Shown: piece after piece, positions 50,326 to 57,063 of the stretch
Numbering within the stretch: the first letter of the stretch is position 1
Layout: every line of letters starts with the position of its first letter
IMG/VR virus record: IMGVR_UViG_3300021256_000056
Coordinates: 1 to 64,000 of that record
Length of the DNA: 64,000 bases
Reading direction: 5' to 3' (one strand)
Origin: a virus
Lineage: Duplodnaviria > Caudoviricetes
Made by a program: the position numbers and the translations under genes
The notes under the pieces: model-generated
Databases searched by the model: none
Seen by the model: only the letters and a program-made list of their open reading frames with translations
What the model was told of the DNA's origin: nothing

Positions 50326-51028
50326 GTATATATTCCATTAATCCTTTTTTATCGAATGGTAGTCCGTAATGCTTAAACCATTTTCTTATAGCATTATCCG
50401 ACACTCCAAAAGACTTTCCGACTTGTAAAAAACTTCTTTTAACTAAAAAAAGATTAATTAAAGTTTCTTTTGATGGGTGATTTCTTTCCCATGCGCATTC
50501 TCGCGCTTCTATCCAATCTTCTTTGTTTGTGTGTCTTTTCTTTACTATGGTTTTAGTAGTGGATTCGTATTTATTTGAATTTTTTCCTGCATAAGTATCC
50601 GTTTGTGAATGACAATTTGGGCATAATAACATGAGATTTTCAATCCTATTATCGTCATGTATACCATTGATATGGTGGAGTTGTAATGATATCGGTTTAC
50701 CATTCCATTCGCAAATTCCACATTGTGGATTCTCACACTTATTTTCTTTTAAGCCACACTCAATTAGTCTTTTTTTTAGCCGACTTTTGTTTGTGTATAA
50801 ACTATGTTCAACTAGAATGTCATCCATGGGAATTTTTTCTCTGTAGCTTTTTGTCATTCGTTTATAAGAGAATCTTAATTCCAGCCCGAGTTCCTTTGCA
50901 AGCGCCCTTACCTCTTTATAATCTTCCCCGCCAACGTTTTCTATTCCGAGTCTATGACAAAGGTCCAACATATTAACACATTTGTCGTAATTTTCAATTA
51001 ACCTGTCTATCGCGTATTCTCGATTCAT
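50273..51028 (-). CDS. free-standing HNH homing endonuclease with C-terminal HTH
   Basis: LQLHHINGIHDDNRIENLMLLCPNCHS; FGVSDNAIRKW; ORF runs into tRNA-Trp. Confidence 0.92.
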   Translation of the reverse strand: MNREYAIDRLIENYDKCVNMLDLCHRLGIENVGGEDYKEVRALAKELGLELRFSYKRMTKSYREKIPMDDILVEHSLYTNKSRLKKRLIECGLKENKCENPQCGICEWNGKPISLQLHHINGIHDDNRIENLMLLCPNCHSQTDTYAGKNSNKYESTTKTIVKKRHTNKEDWIEARECAWERNHPSKETLINLFLVKRSFLQVGKSFGVSDNAIRKWFKHYGLPFDKKGLMEYIQTLGRAVEGTGLQNQQD

Positions 51029-51216
51029 AATATTCTTTTTATTATAAATAGTATGAAAAGAGAAAAATCGAACCTTTTTGGAAATTTTTATTTAGTTCGA
51101 ATATATAATGAAAAATGAATTTTCCTCTAAGGGGAGTAGTCTAACTCCCCAGTGTGTTTTATGACCTTTTCAGCAAACCAATGTAAAAACCCAATAACTA
51201 TGGTTGTAAAAATTTC

Positions 51217-51281
51217 GGAAATCTGTTTTTCAGAATATTAGATTAAAAGTCTAGTCCTTGATAAATTGCTGTAAGATTTCC
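51217..51281 (-). ncRNA. ACAGCAA-helix RNA with Lys(TTT) anticodon stem-loop
   Basis: GGAAATCT-TACAGCAA...TAGA-CTTTTAA-TCTA...AGATTTCC. Confidence 0.8.
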
Positions 51282-51283
51282 TC

Positions 51284-51374
51284 TGGCGGAGAGGCTGGGA
51301 TTCGAACCCAGGGGACGCTCAACACGCCCAACGGTTTTCAAGACCGCCGCTATCGACCACTCAGCCACCTCTCC
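51284..51374 (-). tRNA. tRNA-Ser(TGA)
   Basis: GCGGT-CTTGAAA-ACCGT; CCA encoded. Confidence 0.93.
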
Positions 51375-51383
51375 ATTAAATTT

Positions 51384-51453
51384 GAACTGCAAAAGGATTC
51401 GAACCTTTACCCGTGGACTATGCCCGCGTGTCCTGTCCATTAGACGATACAAT
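51384..51453 (-). pseudogene. degenerate tRNA
   Basis: D and T arms intact; loop GCATAGT lacks U33. Confidence 0.55.
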
Positions 51454-51525
51454 TTTTTATCGCAGTAAAGAGGCCACCACTGATTTAACACGGCATCAGC
51501 AATGACAACCACTACGCCACGTGTG

Positions 51526-51604
51526 CTGGGGTATGGTGATTCGAACACCAATTATTCTCACGCCCTTAGGGCTTGAGGCGGTACTACCGTTGTACTACAC
51601 CCCA
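51526..51604 (-). ncRNA. Gln-type tRNA body with extended anticodon arm (CCCTAAG apex)
   Basis: U1:A72, G73; CTCAAGCCCTAAGGGCGTGAG. Confidence 0.65.
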
Positions 51605-51725
51605 GTTTATGTCTCTCCAAAGTCACGCCACTTTTGGGTATTTATATCGCGGGGGCAGGTGTCGCCCTCGCTTATGGTAATTTATCTCAATATTGTCAAA
51701 GAACGTGTGTTCCGAAGAACTCTGG

Positions 51726-51778
51726 TGCAAATATATATGTAATTTTTCAAACTACAAAATATTTTTGCATTTTTTTTT
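51726..51778 (-). promoter_or_regulatory. duplicated promoter of the RNA island (second copy ~56856-56906)
   Basis: about 50-bp near-identical repeat with TTTG (-33) and TATATTTG (-7), followed by boxA-like GTTCTTTGA. Confidence 0.75.
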
Positions 51779-51780
51779 TG

Positions 51781-51857
51781 TCTAGGAGATGAGACTCGAA
51801 CTCACATTATCCTGGCTCCTGACCAGGCAACCTCACATCCAATTGGTTTACTCCTAG
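51781..51857 (-). tRNA. tRNA-Pro(AGG)
   Basis: CCTGG-TCAGGAG-CCAGG; C1:G72, A73; C33. Confidence 0.75.
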
Positions 51858-51872
51858 TTATATTTCAATTTG

Positions 51873-51956
51873 TGGCCCCGACGGGACTCGAACCCGTAAC
51901 CCTCGGTTTAAAAGACCGATGCGCTCGCTTTCGCTATCCATTTGCGCCACGAGGCC
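51873..51956 (-). tRNA. tRNA-Lys(TTT) with 10-nt D-loop expansion
   Basis: TCGGT-CTTTTAA-ACCGA; D loop carries GCGAAAGCGA. Confidence 0.82.
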
Positions 51957-52052
51957 GTTCCATTTTTCTCGGAAGCCTCGCATCACAATCGGGGCTTCAC
52001 ATTAATATTTCTGTTTTATACGTTTCATGTTTCTATTTTATTTCTTTTCTTG

Positions 52053-52140
52053 CTGGCCAGGAAGGATTCGAACCTCCAACCTTTGACACATCTAAAGCCT
52101 TTAGGGCAGTGCCTGCTCTCCCATTTGGAGCTACTAGCCA
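52053..52140 (-). ncRNA. Gln-type tRNA body with extended anticodon arm (CCCTAAA)
   Basis: TGGCTAG/CTGGCCA-G; GGCACTGCCCTAAAGGCTTTAGATGTGTC. Confidence 0.65.
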
Positions 52141-52184
52141 GTTCTTTTGACAGTTTTTGGCATGCCACTGACAAACCGACAGGT

Positions 52185-52258
52185 ACTGGGTGACGGAATC
52201 GAACCGACATCAGATGCTTGAAAGGCACCTCGCCTCAACCATTAGCAGATTAACCCAG
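52185..52258 (-). tRNA. divergent tRNA-Glu(TTC)-like gene
   Basis: AGGTGC-CTTTCAA-GCATCT; imperfect acceptor stem. Confidence 0.55.
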
Positions 52259-52266
52259 CATGTATT

Positions 52267-52530
52267 TTAATGAACTAAATGTTTAAATTTTTCCAATTTC
52301 AATTTCGCTTCTTCTCTATCTTCCTCGGTCAAAAGTCTATTTGTACTCCCCACGTGCCACTTATCACACTTTGAACATTTATAAGCCACCATCTTATGTA
52401 ATATGTTTTCACAAGTATTAAGGAACCTGGCCGTTGTCAGAGCATCCATCTCAGTATCGTAGCTCTTTTTGGGGACCAATTTGTCTCCCTCAATCTTATA
52501 ATGGCTTCTTATTGTTCTTTTTTCATCCAT
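52267..52530 (-). CDS. small Zn-ribbon protein
   Basis: AYKCSKCDKWHVG; preceded by a sigma54-like promoter. Confidence 0.7.
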   Translation of the reverse strand: MDEKRTIRSHYKIEGDKLVPKKSYDTEMDALTTARFLNTCENILHKMVAYKCSKCDKWHVGSTNRLLTEEDREEAKLKLEKFKHLVH

Positions 52531-52544
52531 ACGAAATTCATAAT

Positions 52545-52560
52545 GCAAATTTCGTGCCAA
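52545..52560 (-). promoter_or_regulatory. sigma54 (-24/-12) promoter
   Basis: TTGGCACGAAATTTGC. Confidence 0.7.
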
Positions 52561-52984
52561 AGTTTTCTTTTTCTAAAAATTTCTTCAAAAAAACCTCCAG
52601 AGAGTTTTGGGGAACATCTTTGGAGGCGTGGAATATAGTGTCGGTCTAAACCGTGTGGTGCTATGTATTATGCATCTGTTCCCATTATTCCTCCTCCTAG
52701 TCCTTTAAATGGCCATGCGCCGAGGCGTTCCTCTGACTTTCTAATGCTGACATATAGGCATGGGCAATCAAGGCTGCTCTTGTGGGAGCCTCCCATGACG
52801 TTTGTATTATTGCTCAGCATAACCATTTTGTACCTATTTTTCAATTATAAATATATGATAAAATCGAAAAAACTAAAATTCTGTGCAAATATATATGCTT
52901 TTTTTGTAAAAATCAACAAAAAACAAAAAAAAAGAGCGAATTTTTTAGATTCGCTCAATACGTTTATCACTGTTTATTCAAATC

Positions 52985-53323
52985 TTACCTACCAGCAGCG
53001 AGTATGTATGAGGCAATCATTTTTCCCCAAGCATCGTCTCTAGGGATTGAGAATTCACCACCGTTATCCCAATCGTACCCTGTTGGTGCCCACATAATTG
53101 TTATGTGGTCGTAACTTGGCATAAGACGGTACATCTTTCCAGACTTTCCCCTTACCTCAAAATCTTGGTGTCCTTCTTTTGATACACGTTCTCCGTAGAT
53201 GTCGTCCATTATTTCTTTTGAAGGAATGGGGTTATCTGTCCACTCATTTAGCACTTTTTTAACGCTTTCTTTAACTATTTTACGAAGCTGTGATTCGTTG
53301 AGATTTATAGTATTCTTTTTCAT
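52985..53323 (-). CDS. hypothetical protein with large-phage N-terminal LNESQLRKIVKESV motif
   Basis: motif, upstream ACTATTTAT. Confidence 0.7.
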   Translation of the reverse strand: MKKNTINLNESQLRKIVKESVKKVLNEWTDNPIPSKEIMDDIYGERVSKEGHQDFEVRGKSGKMYRLMPSYDHITIMWAPTGYDWDNGGEFSIPRDDAWGKMIASYILAAGR

Positions 53324-53395
53324 GTGCTTTTAATTTTCTTATAAATAGTTTGTTGAAACAAAAAAGCCTCAGATTTATCTGAGGCTTATAGGAAC

Positions 53396-53462
53396 GGAAA
53401 ACTTTTTGTTAAAATTCGAAGTTTGGAATCGGATTTGGTCTAATATTTGCTGTCGGTTTTCC
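53396..53462 (-). ncRNA. ACAGCAA-helix RNA with Trp(CCA)-like loop
   Basis: GGAAAAC-CGACAGCAA...TTCCAAA...GTTTTCC. Confidence 0.68.
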
Positions 53463-53476
53463 TATTTTTGTCTGTT

Positions 53477-53794
53477 TTAGTCTTCAAAGTATTCCTTGAT
53501 AAGTGCCTTAATGGTTTCAAGTTCTACTTCCCTGTCGCGGAGTTCGAGAGCGAGATTGATACGTTTGCGTACCCAGTCCTTGGTGTTGAGGTTTTCTCCG
53601 ACGATGAGGCTCTGTGTGCTTCTCACTGAGAGGTCTTCCATGGAGACAATCTCATTGTTGATGGTGCGGATGCACTTTTCGACTGAACGCTTTTCATCTT
53701 CAAAGACGTCCTTGGTCTCTTCGGTGACATTCTGTGCCCTTTTCTGAATAAGGTTGTCACCAGTGTTTGTTAAGATTTGAGTAAATTTTCCCAT
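53477..53794 (-). CDS. coiled-coil hypothetical protein
   Basis: 105 aa ORF. Confidence 0.65.
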   Translation of the reverse strand: MGKFTQILTNTGDNLIQKRAQNVTEETKDVFEDEKRSVEKCIRTINNEIVSMEDLSVRSTQSLIVGENLNTKDWVRKRINLALELRDREVELETIKALIKEYFED

Positions 53795-53795
53795 A

Positions 53796-54137
53796 TTATT
53801 TGCTGTTTATTACGTGTCTATGCTGGAGTTTATAAAGTCCTGGAACGATTTCGATGCTTGCGTGCGATTCTGATTCCCAGTCTTCGATTGTGTTATCAAT
53901 CTTCTCGATTATGCTTCCTCCGTCGTGTCGCAAAACTTCGTGCATGATTGCAATCTCACGTTTAGTTTCTAATTCCCGATGGACTTTCTCTGGGAGGGCT
54001 GCAGCAAGTGTTGCGTAGTCATTAGAGCTAAGGCTGACCTGCACTGTTACGTTATGGTCTCTCGCATCGCTTTCGCAAGTCACAAGGACGTTATCTCCGT
54101 AATCGTTAGTCGCAGTTAAGTTATTAATATTAGTCAT
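53796..54137 (-). CDS. hypothetical protein
   Basis: 113 aa ORF. Confidence 0.6.
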   Translation of the reverse strand: MTNINNLTATNDYGDNVLVTCESDARDHNVTVQVSLSSNDYATLAAALPEKVHRELETKREIAIMHEVLRHDGGSIIEKIDNTIEDWESESHASIEIVPGLYKLQHRHVINSK

Positions 54138-54154
54138 GTTTTTCGTAAATTTTG

Positions 54155-54226
54155 TGCTCCATACAGGAATCGAACCCGTCTAAGAACGTTTTAGGGACGC
54201 CCGCTCGGCCACTGAGCCAATGGAGC
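54155..54226 (-). tRNA. amber suppressor-like tRNA (CTA)
   Basis: GCTCCAT/ATGGAGC-A; GGCGT-CCCTAAA-ACGTT; C33. Confidence 0.75.
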
Positions 54227-54234
54227 AGAAAGAC

Positions 54235-54295
54235 AGGAAACATTAAAATCAACATTATCAGTGTTTATTTGACGAAAGGTTGCTGTGTGTTTCCT
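54235..54295 (-). ncRNA. ACAGCAA-helix RNA with Ile(GAT) anticodon stem-loop
   Basis: AGGAAACA-CACAGCAA...AACA-CTGATAA-TGTT...TGTTTCCT. Confidence 0.78.
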
Positions 54296-54311
54296 TATCT
54301 TAATGTTTCGT

Positions 54312-54602
54312 TTATTGAACCAACTTAAGTCCTTTAAACATTTCACCCGAATCTTCAACCGCAATTGCCGTAAGGCTATTGTTTAAATCGGGCTCGTAGA
54401 ACGCAGAATAAGTCTTATGTTTGTCCCTCAATCTCTGTCTCCATTTCTCAACGTCGGCGTAGAGATATATAAGGTACTCATTATTCCATTGTTGCTGTGG
54501 GTTATCCAAAAGATATTGTGCAACTGCGTGCCCACCTTGAACGCAGGCGTAAACGGGGTTGAGTCGTTTACTCACCAGCACGTACAATCTCTTCGCAGAC
54601 AT
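54312..54602 (-). CDS. peptidyl-tRNA hydrolase PTH2-like protein
   Basis: LYVLVSKRL...VQGGHAV...FYEPDLNNSLTAIA. Confidence 0.7.
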   Translation of the reverse strand: MSAKRLYVLVSKRLNPVYACVQGGHAVAQYLLDNPQQQWNNEYLIYLYADVEKWRQRLRDKHKTYSAFYEPDLNNSLTAIAVEDSGEMFKGLKLVQ

Positions 54603-55023
54603 CGGTATACACTTTAATCGTTTCTTCCCCCCAGTATGTTTTACAATTTTTTTCCTCATAGACTTTTAACTGATAACCATAGGTTTTCAGATAACTATTA
54701 ATCTCATCAGAATAAAGGAACAAGGGGTGTTTTCCTTCGAGGTGGTCAGCCAAGCGATATCCAGTTTGGCGGTAGTAGTCTTCTTTGTTAAGAGGCTTCG
54801 CCTTATTTTCTATCTGCTCAAACTTTCTTCCTCTCATTAACCCATATGCCGCATACATTGCCCTTAGGGTGTCTTTATTACTAGAAACCTTCCAGCAGGC
54901 TTCATACGGTTGCATTGTCCTTTCGGTCTTTAGGTTAACAGTTTTTCTTTGTTCTTTTGCTTTTCTTTGTTCCACCTCCAAGGCGGCGATTTCCTTACGG
55001 AATTCAATAATTTCTTGTTTCAT
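54568..55023 (-). CDS. hypothetical protein
   Basis: LRAMYAAYGLMRGRKFEQIE; directly upstream of the PTH2-like gene. Confidence 0.7.
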   Translation of the reverse strand: MKQEIIEFRKEIAALEVEQRKAKEQRKTVNLKTERTMQPYEACWKVSSNKDTLRAMYAAYGLMRGRKFEQIENKAKPLNKEDYYRQTGYRLADHLEGKHPLFLYSDEINSYLKTYGYQLKVYEEKNCKTYWGEETIKVYTDVCEEIVRAGE

Positions 55024-55093
55024 AATGTTGTTTGGTTTTAATCATTTTATTTTTGGCTCTCGCCGACAAATTCCACTTTCAAATCAAACACCA

Positions 55094-55126
55094 TTAAGGT
55101 GGAACTGGATTAACCTAGTGTTTCAT
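55094..55126 (-). promoter_or_regulatory. leader uORF MKH-amber-VNPVPP-ochre
   Basis: ATG AAA CAC TAG GTT AAT CCA GTT CCA CCT TAA with A-rich leader. Confidence 0.55.
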
Positions 55127-55158
55127 AACGATAATTGTTAAGTTTGTTATTAAAAATA

Positions 55159-55468
55159 AAAAGAACACTACGGTAGGATTACTGATTACCTACAAATACT
55201 CTACAAGCGCGTTATTCAGTCACACCCAAGAAGGTTAGCTACGCCTACTTTTAAAAGGGTGAGGGGAATGCTTACCCCCAAACGGATACAGCCATCAGTC
55301 ACTGTAACTACGATTTGTCCGTTTCTTACGTCACTCTCGGTTGGCCAACCGAGGCTACTTCAACCTTACGCTTCGTGTTGCCCTCTAACCGCCTCCTGAA
55401 CTTTTCAGTCCAGGCTAACGTACCTTATGGGCAGGCTACCCATTGTTCGGTCACAAAGTGTTCTTTTT
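55159..55468 (-). ncRNA. candidate ~300-nt structured RNA
   Basis: terminal pairing AAAAGAACACT/AGTGTTCTTTT, GC-rich hairpins, own promoter, no credible ORF. Confidence 0.55.
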
Positions 55469-55567
55469 ATGATGGGTCGCCCCGCCATAAATTTTCTTTT
55501 TTTTAAAGAGCTTTTACAAAAATACGACCTTTTAATTAAAAAAGCAAGGTCTTTTAATAAAAAAAAC

Positions 55568-55625
55568 GGAAAACTTTTTTGTGACGCAGTATTATCAGTA
55601 CTTCCAAAATTGCTGTAAGTTTTCC
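55568..55625 (-). ncRNA. ACAGCAA-helix RNA with Ile(GAT) anticodon stem-loop
   Basis: GGAAAACT-TACAGCAA...AGTA-CTGATAA-TACT...AGTTTTCC. Confidence 0.8.
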
Positions 55626-55646
55626 TGCCTTGCCAGGTCGAGTTTG

Positions 55647-55827
55647 TTGCGGGGGCAGGAATCGAACCTGCGACCTTCAGCTTAGGATTGGTAGGAGGAA
55701 TCGAACCTCCGTTTTCACGTGCCTTACTAGGGCTAGATGTCCTGTACCACTAGACGACACCAATCTGGTTCGTTACAGTGAACCACGCTGTATTGAGGCT
55801 GACGAGCTACCGCTGCTCCACCCCGCA
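55647..55827 (-). tRNA. fMet-like tRNA(CAT) whose anticodon contains a 109-nt insert holding a second tRNA-like gene
   Basis: TCAGC-CTCA|insert 55685-55793|TAA-GCTGA. Confidence 0.8.
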
Positions 55828-55982
55828 ATATATTTCAAAATAAAGACTGCCCTTAGATTTAAACTTACCTACGCACAGTGAGGTACTAAGGCGGTTCGTT
55901 CAGGTTGCCCGATTTCGTCTAGAATGTTACGGGCCCTCGTGCGTGTCAAACGGGAATTGGCCGTCGCCTTCCACAGTCTTTG

Positions 55983-56090
55983 TTGCGATGGTAGGATTCG
56001 GACCTACGCTCTGAAACGATGTTTCATATCCTTGGCGCCCCAGGAAACACGGGAGTTGCCCCGCTGCTCTGACCACTGAGCTACACCGCA
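55983..56090 (-). ncRNA. tRNA-like RNA with three hairpins replacing the anticodon/variable arm
   Basis: intact acceptor, D and T arms. Confidence 0.65.
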
Positions 56091-56129
56091 AAGTAAATAT
56101 ATGATAAAAGTTAAAGGTTTCTTAAAAAA

Positions 56130-56830
56130 ATCAGCGTTGTCAAAAGCGCGTGGCCGCTACGCTGATTATAATGTCTAATTAAGCACTATTTTGCCACATT
56201 GGCGTCCATAACCTCCCCTGTAGTGTGATGGACAAACATCACAAAGTCACAGTAACTCAAACAGGTTCCCTCTTGCTACGGCTTACTCTCTCCTTTACCG
56301 CGGGGTCAACGCCATGTCCGCGAGGATTCAGCCTTTACTCATGCACACTCCCGCATCCTACTGATAAACTGCATTACAGTCTCGCTGAGCGGGCCCAGCA
56401 CTAACCAACTACAGAGCACGTGCACATCTCTCATGTTGGTCTGGGAAATAACTCCTCCGATTTCCCGTTGTCAGGTTTCCATCCTAATAAACCCCGCCTA
56501 CTCTATGGGGCAACGAAATACGGCCAGTTACGCATTCATTCCAGAATCCGAGAAGCATTTACGATACACTTCTAAAAACGTTTGAATCATTCGAGCCGAA
56601 AAACTTATTACTTATAGGTTTTATTATATCCTATCGCCCTATAAGATAAAATTCAGCACTTAAAGATAGGATTGCGCCTTAATTCCCCTGTGCAATAATA
56701 CGAGGGTTTAATCCCAACTCGGACTTTTCAAAATGTCTATCCAAGTAGCACTTTTGTTTTCGGGCGTACGAATCGACGTTTTACGAGCATCTTCTGCTCA
56801 CCTTACTTTTCCGACTGCGCGGATTGGATT
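56130..56830 (-). ncRNA. candidate large (~700 nt) structured ncRNA
   Basis: no ORF of 60 aa or more in any frame, hairpin-rich, directly downstream of promoter plus boxA. Confidence 0.55.
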
Positions 56831-56907
56831 TATCTTTCAAAGAACTTTTCTGGATGCAAATATATATGTAATTTTTTAAACTACAAAATATTTTTGCATT
56901 TTTTTTG

Positions 56908-56978
56908 TTGTGGCGCCGAGATTCGAACTCAGAACGCAAGTGCCAAAAACTTGTGTGTTACCATTACACCACGCCACA
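56908..56978 (-). tRNA. tRNA-Gln(TTG)
   Basis: CAAGT-TTTTGGC-ACTTG. Confidence 0.9.
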
Positions 56979-57063
56979 ATATCCAAAAAAAACTGTCTGC
57001 ATTGTTTCTTGGTCACAAAGATACAGACAGTTTTTTAATTTTCAAAATATTTTTTAAAAAAAT

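Noticed and set aside
38641-55625. ACAGCAA repeats as a CRISPR array or simple terminators
   Set aside because: They are dispersed, not regularly spaced direct repeats, there are no cas genes, and the stems enclose long payloads without U-tails.
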